The notes under the pieces: generated by a model
Seen by the model: only the letters and a program-made list of their open reading frames with translations
Databases searched by the model: none
Told to the model about the DNA's origin: nothing
Position numbers and translations under genes: made by a program
Shown: positions 36,486 to 44,820 of the stretch, piece after piece
How positions within the stretch are numbered: position 1 is the stretch's first letter
Layout: every line of letters starts with the position of its first letter
Assembly: GCA_945831575.1 (NCBI GenBank)
Contig: CAMACX010000006.1
Span: 3,135 to 67,134 of the forward strand
DNA: 64,000 nucleotides
DNA from: an uncultured Mediterranea sp.
GTDB taxonomy: Bacteria > Bacteroidota > Bacteroidia > Bacteroidales > Bacteroidaceae
Reading direction: 5' to 3'

Positions 36486-36654
36486 GGAGACACTCACCTT
36501 CATGCACTGCTGCCTGGCCAGCGCGTGCAAGGCCGACGGCATACCCTTTGAGATGGATGTGCAGGAGATGGCCGACCAGCTGACCCCCGACGACGTGAAC
36601 GCCTTCGCGGCCTCACTCAGCGGCGGAGAGGCAAAAAAAAGTAGAATTTTCTGA
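36484..36654 (+). CDS. Tail assembly chaperone G-like ORF (probably 5'-truncated)
   Basis: 56-aa ORF ending 13 nt after an A8 run, directly upstream of the T-like ORF and the tape-measure gene. Confidence 0.55.
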   Translation: METLTFMHCCLASACKADGIPFEMDVQEMADQLTPDDVNAFAASLSGGEAKKSRIF

Positions 36655-36985
36655 GAGAGAGGTCGGTGAGACCGGTATTGCCGACCTCGTGGCTGTGTCA
36701 GTGGGGAGCATGGGCTTGAGTCTGGACGACTTCTGCTCCATGACTCCCCACGAATTTTATCTCACCCAGCGCGCCTGGCACCGCACGCACGTGGAGCAGC
36801 CCTGGGAGCAGACGCGCCTGCTGGCCTGCTCCATGCTCCAGCCCTGGAGCAAGAAGAAGCTCCGCCCCGAGGACGTGATGCGCTTCGCCTGGGACGAAAA
36901 GAAGACCGCCAGCGCCCACCCTGCCCACAGAGAGCAGAGCACGCGCCAGCGGTTCGATGAGATCAAGAAAAGGTGCGGGGGCTAG
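36599..36985 (+). CDS. Tail assembly chaperone T-like extension. It has no ATG of its own and is predicted to be expressed as a G-T fusion by a +1 (or -2) shift at the A8 run (36633-36640).
   Basis: Frame +1 relative to G is open from 36599 through the A8 run. MGLSLDDFCSMTPHEFYLTQRAW resembles the conserved gpT/GTA chaperone motif. The track lists the ORF from GTG at 36689. Confidence 0.55.
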   Translation, partial: TPSRPHSAAERQKKVEFSEREVGETGIADLVAVSVGSMGLSLDDFCSMTPHEFYLTQRAWHRTHVEQPWEQTRLLACSMLQPWSKKKLRPEDVMRFAWDEKKTASAHPAHREQSTRQRFDEIKKRCGG

Positions 36986-37116
36986 TCCTTGCGGAATAGG
37001 TAAAACAGAGCACGTATTCCTATCGAAATCCCCGCATATAGGCCATACGCAAGCAACGCCAAGTTGCAGAAAGCTATGAAGCAGTAAAACAATTTATCCC
37101 AGAAAAACCTATCCAT
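36982..37116 (-). CDS. 44-aa hydrophobic small protein (MDRFFWDKLFYCFIAFCNLALLAYGLYAGISIGIRALFYLFRKD), antisense between the tail genes
   Basis: Translated by hand and below the ORF-track cutoff. One or two predicted TM segments. It has its own TAtaTTTG box 25 nt upstream. Confidence 0.4.
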   Translation of the reverse strand: MDRFFWDKLFYCFIAFCNLALLAYGLYAGISIGIRALFYLFRKD

Positions 37117-37141
37117 ACCCGTTACGATTATTAACACGCTG

Positions 37142-37149
37142 CAAATATA
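37142..37149 (-). promoter_or_regulatory. -7 box TAtaTTTG (minus strand) upstream of the 44-aa ORF
   Basis: The plus strand reads CAAATATA. Confidence 0.4.
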
Positions 37150-37166
37150 AACATTATTTTTTTAAT

Positions 37167-38516
37167 ATGGCAAACAATACCGTAAATTTTACGATAAATA
37201 TCAAGGATAATGCTACTGGTAAGCTTAAAGAGATTACTGCATCAACCAACGATCTCGGCAAGATGGTCAGAAGCGTGACCGAAGAGGTCCGTGCAAACCA
37301 GCGAACCATTGTAGATTGGGCACAGGCTGCGCAGGCAGCCGACATGCTCAGCCAATCCATCAGTCAGATTTACGATGCAGCAAAAGATGTGACGCAGGCC
37401 TATCAGGTGCAGCTCGTGGCAGAGACGCAACTCGTCACGGTAATGCGGCAGCGCATGAAGGCCACCGACGAGGAAGTGCAGAGCATCAAGGAACTTTGTA
37501 GCGCACAGCAGGAGCTAGGAGTGATAGGCGACGAGGTGCAGCTGAGCGGCGCGCAGCAGATGGCCACCTTCCTCAACGAGAAGAAGAGCCTCGACACCCT
37601 GATTCCGGCCATGAACAACCTGCTGGCTCAGCAGAACGGACTCAACTCCACCAACCAGGACGCAGTAAGTATAGGGAACCTGATGGGTAAGGCCATGCAG
37701 GGACAGACCGAGGTGCTGCAACGCGTGGGAATATCCTTTAGCGAAGCGCAGAAACAGGTACTGAAGTTTGGCACGGAGAGCGAACGGGCCGCCGTCCTCG
37801 CACAAGTTATCACAGAGAATGTGGGTAACATGAACGCCGAGCTGGCAAAGACCGATGCAGGAAAGCAGAAGCAGCTGGAGAACGCACTAGGAGACATCAA
37901 AGAAGAGCTAGGCGCTATAGTACAGCCTATGATGACGGTCATAACTAAGACTTATCAGCTGTTTACAGTAGGTACATACCTGGCTAAGACGGTTTCAACG
38001 GTAAAGTCTCTCCGTCTAGCTATCGGACCGTTACTTCCTACATTCGTATCATGGAGAGTAGTATCGGTTAGGTTGAGCGCTACCATGACCGTCTTACGTG
38101 CCAAACTACGCGGCGTCGAAGTAGGTGCTACGACAGCCCGCATGGCGATAAGCAGACTGATGGTAGCCTCCGGCGTAGGCGTTGCCATAGCGGTCCTTTC
38201 ATACGCTATCTATAAGTTGACAGGAAGCGCATCCTCCGCATCGGACGAGCTCGACAACCTCACCACCTCGGCCCGCCAGCTCCGCGAGGCCTCGGACGCT
38301 TACACCACGGCATCATCCGATGCCAAGGCGGCCATCGACATGGAGCTGGCCAGCCTGAAGCAGCTCATCGACAGCCACGCTGACGACAAGCAGGCGGTCA
38401 GCGAGCTCAACAGCAAGTACGGCGAGGCGTTCGGCACCTACGAGACCGCCTCCGAGTGGTACGACGTGCTGACGAAGAAGAGCGAGACCTACTGCCGTGG
38501 AAATAATTCGCCGTAA
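37167..38516 (+). CDS. Phage tail tape-measure protein, likely 3'-truncated
   Basis: 449-aa ORF, coiled-coil rich with central TM segments, following a G/GT pair. It ends abruptly (ETYCRGNNSP) where composition and context change. Confidence 0.7.
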   Translation: MANNTVNFTINIKDNATGKLKEITASTNDLGKMVRSVTEEVRANQRTIVDWAQAAQAADMLSQSISQIYDAAKDVTQAYQVQLVAETQLVTVMRQRMKATDEEVQSIKELCSAQQELGVIGDEVQLSGAQQMATFLNEKKSLDTLIPAMNNLLAQQNGLNSTNQDAVSIGNLMGKAMQGQTEVLQRVGISFSEAQKQVLKFGTESERAAVLAQVITENVGNMNAELAKTDAGKQKQLENALGDIKEELGAIVQPMMTVITKTYQLFTVGTYLAKTVSTVKSLRLAIGPLLPTFVSWRVVSVRLSATMTVLRAKLRGVEVGATTARMAISRLMVASGVGVAIAVLSYAIYKLTGSASSASDELDNLTTSARQLREASDAYTTASSDAKAAIDMELASLKQLIDSHADDKQAVSELNSKYGEAFGTYETASEWYDVLTKKSETYCRGNNSP

Positions 38517-38521
38517 CTTTG
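38514..38521 (+). promoter_or_regulatory. -7 box TAacTTTG overlapping the tape-measure stop codon
   Basis: Exact match. Only a 27-aa ORF (38619..38702) lies downstream before the Rpn promoter. Confidence 0.3.
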
Positions 38522-38873
38522 CCCCTGTGAAGAAAGGAGAAACGCACGCATCTCCTGCGGCTCCCGAAGGCATCTCGAAGGCATCCCAAAGGATTCCGCT
38601 CCACAGAGGCAACCAATTATGTTTAACAATTTTACCCATTATCGCATGATGGCAAGAATTACCCCTATCAATGTAATCAAAGGCGACAGCGGCATGGAGT
38701 AACCCCTCGTGAGTGAAGCGGGGTGTCCTTCTCTGAAGGATCCAACATCGCAGGTTTGGGCATATCCCGCAGCTCAAGCCTGCTTTTTCATTATAGGTGT
38801 CCCCCCCGAGGAGATTGATGAGGGGACAGAAGATATTTCACGCATAACATTTGGCCGATAACAGAATAAATCG

Positions 38874-38881
38874 TACTTTTG
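38874..38881 (+). promoter_or_regulatory. -7 box TActTTTG upstream of the Rpn-family gene
   Basis: Exact match 28 nt before the ATG at 38910. Confidence 0.45.
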
Positions 38882-38909
38882 CCTCCGTAAACAGATAATT
38901 GATACCACC

Positions 38910-39917
38910 ATGGGAGTAAGCAACAAATACATCCGTTTTGACTGGGCCATGAAGCGACTACTTCGCCACAAGGCCAATTTTGCCGTGCTGGAGGGCTTGA
39001 TGACCACCCTGCTCGGCGAGCAGATTACCATCGTCAAGCTGCTGGAGAGCGAGAGCAACCAGGAGAGCGAGTTTGACAAGTACAACCGGGTCGATCTGCT
39101 GGCTGAGGACAGCAGGGGACGGCTCATCCTCTTTGAGATACAGAACAACAACGAGTACGCCTACTTCCAGCGGATGCTGTTCGGCACCTCCAAGCTGGTC
39201 ACGGAGTACATCAACCGTGGCGAGGGGTACGAGAAGGTGCGCAAGGTCTATAGCATCAACATCGTCTATTTCGCCCTAGGCAGCGGCAGCGACTACGTCT
39301 ATCATGGCAAGACGGAGTTTCGCGGGCTGCACAACAACGAGCTGCTCAACCTCACCCCCTTCCAGCAGCAGACCTTCCAGGTAGAGACCGTCAGCCAGCT
39401 CTATCCTGAGTACATCATCCTGCGTGTCAACGACTTCGATAAATGGTCGGTCGTACCCCTTGACCAATGGATCTACTTCCTCAACACAGGTGAGATACCC
39501 GACGAGGCCAATGCCCCCGGCCTGCCCGAGGCACGCGAACGCCTGAAGCTGGACCGCCTGACCAAGGCCGAACTGGATGCCTACTACCGCCATCTGGACA
39601 ACGTGGTCATCCTGCGCGACAACATCAACACCGAGCGTGCTGAAGGACGCGCGGAAGGACGCGCGGAAGGACTGGAAGAAGGACGTGCTGAAGGACGTGC
39701 TGAAGGACGCGCTGAAGGACGTGCTGAAGGACGCGCTGAAGGACTGGAAGAGGGAATGGCAAAAGGACGTGCTGAAGGGTTGGAGGAAGGTCTGGAAAAA
39801 GGAGTAGCACAAGCGAAAAGAGCTACTGCCCAGAATCTGAAAAACCTTGGCTTATCCCTAGAACTGATAGCTCAAGCCACCGGACTGAGCATAGAAGAAA
39901 TAGCAAAACTGCACTAA
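38910..39917 (+). CDS. Rpn/YhgA-like PD-(D/E)XK nuclease family protein (putative transposase/recombination-promoting nuclease) with a C-terminal AEGR repeat tract
   Basis: 335-aa ORF. N-terminus KYIRFDWAMKRLL...RVDLLAED...LFEIQN is typical of the family. Fourteen 12-bp in-frame repeats at 39639-39806. Confidence 0.8.
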   Translation: MGVSNKYIRFDWAMKRLLRHKANFAVLEGLMTTLLGEQITIVKLLESESNQESEFDKYNRVDLLAEDSRGRLILFEIQNNNEYAYFQRMLFGTSKLVTEYINRGEGYEKVRKVYSINIVYFALGSGSDYVYHGKTEFRGLHNNELLNLTPFQQQTFQVETVSQLYPEYIILRVNDFDKWSVVPLDQWIYFLNTGEIPDEANAPGLPEARERLKLDRLTKAELDAYYRHLDNVVILRDNINTERAEGRAEGRAEGLEEGRAEGRAEGRAEGRAEGRAEGLEEGMAKGRAEGLEEGLEKGVAQAKRATAQNLKNLGLSLELIAQATGLSIEEIAKLH

Positions 39918-39938
39918 CCTCTACTTTAAAATGCCACT

Positions 39939-41177
39939 ATGCATAAAATCAAACTCCTTATCTCATGTATCGCCATGATGACATGCTCATCTGCCCTCCA
40001 GGCACAACAGTCTCAGCAGCACCAGCAGCAGTCTCAACAGCAGCACCAGCAGCCCGTTACGGCAGCCGCTGACTCCATCCCCTTCGGCCTGCTGCACGGG
40101 CCCTACCTGCAGGAGGTGACCACCCAGGCGGCCACCGTGGTCTATGAAATGTCGTCGAAGGCCTTTACCTGGGTGGAGGTGAAGCCCCACGGCAGCGCCG
40201 ACAGCCAGGCACGCCGCTGCATCAACTCGCGCGATGGCCTGCTGGAGGCCGACAACGCCTTTGGGTCCGTACGCATCAAGGGACTGGAGCCTGCCCACAG
40301 CTACGACTACCGCATCATCTCCAAGCAGATGCGCGACTTCAAGCCCTACAAGGTGACCTACGGCGACAGCATCGCCACCCCTTGGTACACCTTCTCCACC
40401 ATCAACCCCGCACAGCAGGGAGCCACCATCTTCGTGACAAGCGACATCCACAACGAGACCGCCAAGCTGGAGCGACTGCTCGACCTGGCCGACTACAAGA
40501 CGTGCAACGCCTTCTTCTATGCCGGCGACATGGTGAGCTACATCAGCAACCACGAAGCCCCCTTCAAGGCCTTCATCGACCCGAGCGTGAAGCGCTTCGC
40601 CTCGTCCATCCCCTTTGAGGTGGTGAGGGGCAACCACGAGACCCGAGGCAACCTGGCCCGAAGCTACTCCAGCTACTTCCCCAAGGAGAACGGCAAGATC
40701 TACGGCTCTTACCGACTGGGCGACGTGATGGTCGTCATGCTCGACAGCGGTGAGGACAAGGAGGAGAGCCATTGGGCCTACTCGGGACTGACCGACTTCA
40801 ACGCCTACCGCACGGAGCAGGCCGAGTGGCTCCGGCAGCTGATCAAGAGCAAGGAGTACAAGACGGCCCGTTACCGCATCATCATCTGCCACTTCCCCCT
40901 GGTGATGGACAAGATGTGGCAGGACGAGAAGGCCTGGTGGGGATGGGATGACGCCATCCGCAAATTCCTCCCCGTGCTCAACGAGGCCAAGGTGGACCTC
41001 ATGGTCTCGGGCCACTCACACCGCTTCTTCTACCACGAATGCGGAGCCGACAATAACCGCTTCCCCATCCTGGAGCAGGGCTACGACTCGGCCACCCGCC
41101 TGGAGCTGCGCGATGGCAAGATTCACCTCAAGGTCATCGACATCAACGGCCAGGTACTGAAGGAGTGTACGCTGTAA
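39939..41177 (+). CDS. Secreted metallophosphoesterase (purple-acid-phosphatase-like)
   Basis: 412-aa ORF with a signal peptide and a Q-rich linker. Motifs GDMVSY, VRGNHE and GHSHRF. Confidence 0.8.
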   Translation: MHKIKLLISCIAMMTCSSALQAQQSQQHQQQSQQQHQQPVTAAADSIPFGLLHGPYLQEVTTQAATVVYEMSSKAFTWVEVKPHGSADSQARRCINSRDGLLEADNAFGSVRIKGLEPAHSYDYRIISKQMRDFKPYKVTYGDSIATPWYTFSTINPAQQGATIFVTSDIHNETAKLERLLDLADYKTCNAFFYAGDMVSYISNHEAPFKAFIDPSVKRFASSIPFEVVRGNHETRGNLARSYSSYFPKENGKIYGSYRLGDVMVVMLDSGEDKEESHWAYSGLTDFNAYRTEQAEWLRQLIKSKEYKTARYRIIICHFPLVMDKMWQDEKAWWGWDDAIRKFLPVLNEAKVDLMVSGHSHRFFYHECGADNNRFPILEQGYDSATRLELRDGKIHLKVIDINGQVLKECTL

Positions 41178-41313
41178 GAATGCGTTCGCGAGGCGCCCCC
41201 CTTCTCTCAGAATCATGAAATCCGGCTACAGTCATCAGCACACCGCTGATACCGTAGCCGGATTTTAATTATGGATTCATCTGATGGAGCGAATCAACAC
41301 TCCAACATGTGAA

Positions 41314-42454
41314 TCAGTACTCTACCTTGTAGTCCTTAGGGAGGTGTTCACCCTTCCAGGCCCTCTTTGAGGTCCAATCCTCGGCGGGGTCGGTCCAGAA
41401 GGGGTTGTCGGCGGGAAGGCCAAGGGGCAGGAAGCTCAGCGTAGCCATGTAGAGGCTACCCGTGGAGGTGTAACTGTCGGCACACTCGGGCTGATGGCCA
41501 TTGAAGCCAAGCACCAGCCAGCCGTTGGCATCAAAGTTCTGGTTGCCCTCGTACATGTTGCGGTGTACGGCTGTCAGGGCGCAACGCACCTGGGCGGGCT
41601 TGACATGTTCGGGCAGCTTCTCGCGCAGGGCCACATTCATGGGATGCATCACGTAGGAGTTGTAGTTGTCCATGCTAAACTTGGGTCCATCGCTGTACCA
41701 GCCATCGCCCACGTACCACTCCTTCACCTTGTTTCTGGCCAGATTGCTGCGGAAGGGGTCGCTCTGGGCACCCTGTTGCAACAGAAACGTCTCGATGAGT
41801 CCCGCAAAGAGCAGCCAGTTGTTGTAGGCACCCGTGCGGTCACGCAGCGACTGCAGCGCGCTGATGTAGAGCTCCTTAGTCACCTCGTCCAGGGGGGCCC
41901 AGAGCGCCTTGGGGGTGCGGATAAAAGCGTGTACCAGGTAGGCCGCATCCACGATGGGCTGCGCCTGCTTGGTGAAGTTGAGCCTGTCGGGCGACTGGGG
42001 GTCCATGGCGTTGCGGAGTCCACGGAGCACCTCCTCGCGCAGCTGCTTGCGCAGCTTGCCCTCCTCCGTATCGTCATCGGGCAGGGCGAGCCAGAGAGCC
42101 ACTCCGGCCAGCGTGCGGCCCACGGCCTCCAGGTGTGTCACCTCATAATACCAGCTCTCGGGGTACGTCTCACCGGTACTCCACTCCACGGACATGTTCT
42201 TGCGAAGCGTATTCTCCGCAAGGTTATCCAAACTTCGGGATAACCTTGCCGAGCGTCATCTGCTTGAGCAGGTCCTCCACACGCAGGTCAATGGGCTGTG
42301 CAGGGTCTTCATAGAGGTCCTTTATGCCATTCTTGTTAAAGTCACTCCATCCCTTGTGATAGATTCTTTTCTTGCCCGACCGGGCCGCAGGCGAGGCGCT
42401 AAGGCAGGTAGAAACCAGCAGGGCCGCACCCAAAATCATAGTTACTTTTCTCAT
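41314..42454 (-). pseudogene. DUF2264-like protein gene interrupted by a frameshift near 42224-42231
   Basis: A 76-aa signal-peptide ORF (42224..42454) and a 305-aa ORF (41314..42231, TTG start) lie in adjacent frames and overlap by 8 nt. The second frame is open for only about 30 nt upstream of the junction. Confidence 0.5.
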
Positions 42455-42504
42455 TTTTAATAGGTTTATTTGGTTATAAATCGTGCGGTTAAAAGATTCG
42501 AGTG

Positions 42505-42512
42505 CAAATATA
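42505..42512 (-). promoter_or_regulatory. -7 box TAtaTTTG (minus strand) upstream of the DUF2264-like gene
   Basis: The plus strand reads CAAATATA, about 50 nt upstream of the ATG at 42454. Confidence 0.4.
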
Positions 42513-42522
42513 ACATAAAGGA

Positions 42523-43059
42523 GTGTATTCTAAGGCAGAAATGACCGATTATTTCCTGATGCTCCACTTCATTCACAATCCCTTTATTCCCCAGCTCAAC
42601 AAGGGCATACAGCCCGATGTCTTCCTCAACCACGAACGGGTGGCCAACCACTACGCTATTCCTTCCATCAACCTGGCTGAGGAGGTGGCCCGTCGCATGA
42701 TCCGGGGCCAATTTGACTGGGAGCAATTTGGCGGTACACACCCTGCATGGGATGGGCATAAGATCTATGCCGCTGCCATCAACCGCCTATTCGACCTGGA
42801 GTGGAAGGGAGAGGCTGTCAAGGCAGACTTGCACCCCCATGTGCTTCCAGCCATGCCTTTAGACCCGTTCAGCTACGACAACGGGCAATTCGTACCCATC
42901 ACGGCCGCCCGTCAGCTCAACGGTTGGAAGGTGATGGATGACTGGACCCCCACAGTACAGGGCGACACCCGTCCAGGGGGAACCCACCCACCACACTTTA
43001 CGCCTCAGGATGGCCAAGGGCGAGCGTACCGGATGCCAGATACGTCAGTTTGTGATTAA
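42523..43059 (+). pseudogene. Fragment of an SGNH/GDSL hydrolase gene (C-terminal part only, aberrant tail)
   Basis: Lacks the N-terminal GDS block. Retains GGTHPAWDGHKIYA (block V-like). The tail after a G5 run (GDTRPGGTHPPHF...) looks frameshifted. Confidence 0.5.
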
Positions 43060-43114
43060 TGGAAAATAATCACGATTTATCCGGCAAAAATTTGGCTATT
43101 CAGAATAAATGACG

Positions 43115-43122
43115 TACTTTTG
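43115..43122 (+). promoter_or_regulatory. -7 box TActTTTG upstream of the sulfatase gene
   Basis: Exact match 90 nt before the ATG at 43213. Confidence 0.4.
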
Positions 43123-43212
43123 TCTTCATATCCTATGTGTTTTAATCTAACATGAAGGCTATTTATTCAACGTGAAGGACAAATTATTTAACTTAAAGAA
43201 TAACTTATCGAC

Positions 43213-44769
43213 ATGAAGAACAACTTAATGCTATTATCGTGCCTTTCAGCTGGCGTAGGTCAGCTGGTGGCTACCCCGGCCCAGGCTGAGGAGGGGAAGA
43301 GAAAACAGACTCAGGAGAAAGCTCCCAACGTAATCGTCATCCTGGCCGATGACCTGGGATATGGCGACCTGCAATGCTATGGAGCCAAGAACGTGGAGAC
43401 ACCCAATGTCAACCGGCTGGCTGCCCAGGGCATCCGGTTCACCAACACCCACGCCATAGCGGCGACCAGTACCCCCTCGCGCTACTCGCTGCTCACAGGT
43501 GAATATGCATGGCGGCGACCCGATACCGATGTGGCGGCAGGTAATGCGGGTATGATCATCCGGCCCGAACAATACACCATGGCCGACATGTTCAAGTCGG
43601 CCGGCTACCGCACGGCGGCTTTCGGCAAGTGGCACCTGGGGCTGGGCGACAAGACGGGTATGCAGGACTGGAACGCTCCCCTACCCTGCGGACTGGCCGA
43701 CATCGGATTTGACGAACACTACATCATGGCTGCCACGGCCGACCGCGTGCCCTGCGTCTTCATACAGAACGGGCAGGTGGCCAATTACGACCCCTCGGCA
43801 CCCATCGAAGTGAACTACCAAAGGAATTTCCCTGGCGAACCCACGGGAAGGGACAATCCCGAACTGCTCTATAACCTCCGCTCCAGCCATGGTCACGACT
43901 ACTCCATCGTCAACGGTATCGGCCGCATCGGCTACATGAGGGGTGGCGGCAAGGCGCTCTGGAAGGACGAGGACATCGCCGACTCCATCACCTCCCACGC
44001 CATCGACTTCATCCGCCGCAACCAGGATGAGCCCTTCTTCATCTACTTCTGCACCAACGACATCCATGTGCCCCGATTCCCGCACCCCCGCTTCCGGGGC
44101 AAGACCAACATGGGCCTGCGAGGCGATGCCATCGCACAGTTTGACTGGTGCGTTGGAGCACTCATGCAAGCCCTGGATGAGATGAAGCTGGCCGACAACA
44201 CGCTGATCATCCTCACGAGCGACAACGGTCCCGTAGTGGATGACGGCTACGACGACCAGGCCGAGGAGCTGCTCCATGGCCACCAGCCGGCAGGTCCCTG
44301 GCGCGGCAACAAGTACAGCGCCTTCGAGGGCGGTACCGCCGTGCCAGCCATCGTGCGTTGGCCGGCCAAGGTGAAGGGTGGACAGGAGTCGGACGTGCTG
44401 ATGTCGCACATCGACTGGATGGCCTCGCTGGGCCATCTGCTCCAGGCCCGCCTGCCTAAAGGCTCCGCCCCCGACAGCCAAGACCGCCTGGGCAATCTGC
44501 TGGGTACCGACGCTACCGAGCGCCCCTGGGTCATCGAGCTGGCCTCCAACCACGTCCTCTCCGTACGCACCAAGGAGTGGAAATACATCGAGCCCAACGA
44601 CGGACCTGCCATGATACCCTGGGGACCGAAGATTGAGACAGGCAACCTGAGCACTCCGCAGCTCTACCACATCAGCCAGGAGCAGGACGAACGCACCAAC
44701 GTTGCCGCCGAGCACCCTGACATCGTCTTCGAGATGCAGAACATCCTACGGCGCGAACGGGCCAAATAG
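43213..44769 (+). CDS. Arylsulfatase-family sulfatase, secreted
   Basis: 518-aa ORF. ILADDLGYGD and the formylglycine motif in Ser form (S-T-P-S-R in ATSTPSRYSLLTG). Confidence 0.85.
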   Translation: MKNNLMLLSCLSAGVGQLVATPAQAEEGKRKQTQEKAPNVIVILADDLGYGDLQCYGAKNVETPNVNRLAAQGIRFTNTHAIAATSTPSRYSLLTGEYAWRRPDTDVAAGNAGMIIRPEQYTMADMFKSAGYRTAAFGKWHLGLGDKTGMQDWNAPLPCGLADIGFDEHYIMAATADRVPCVFIQNGQVANYDPSAPIEVNYQRNFPGEPTGRDNPELLYNLRSSHGHDYSIVNGIGRIGYMRGGGKALWKDEDIADSITSHAIDFIRRNQDEPFFIYFCTNDIHVPRFPHPRFRGKTNMGLRGDAIAQFDWCVGALMQALDEMKLADNTLIILTSDNGPVVDDGYDDQAEELLHGHQPAGPWRGNKYSAFEGGTAVPAIVRWPAKVKGGQESDVLMSHIDWMASLGHLLQARLPKGSAPDSQDRLGNLLGTDATERPWVIELASNHVLSVRTKEWKYIEPNDGPAMIPWGPKIETGNLSTPQLYHISQEQDERTNVAAEHPDIVFEMQNILRRERAK

Positions 44770-44820
44770 GAAGATTGGACAGATTTCCTGAATGTTGACA
44801 ATCACAAGAAAGTGACTCCA

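Noticed and set aside
36633-36644. Canonical -1 programmed frameshift on A-AAA-AAA for the G/GT pair.
   Set aside because: The -1 frame reads AAG TAG, an immediate stop. Only +1 or -2 (or transcriptional loss of one A) reaches the T-like frame.
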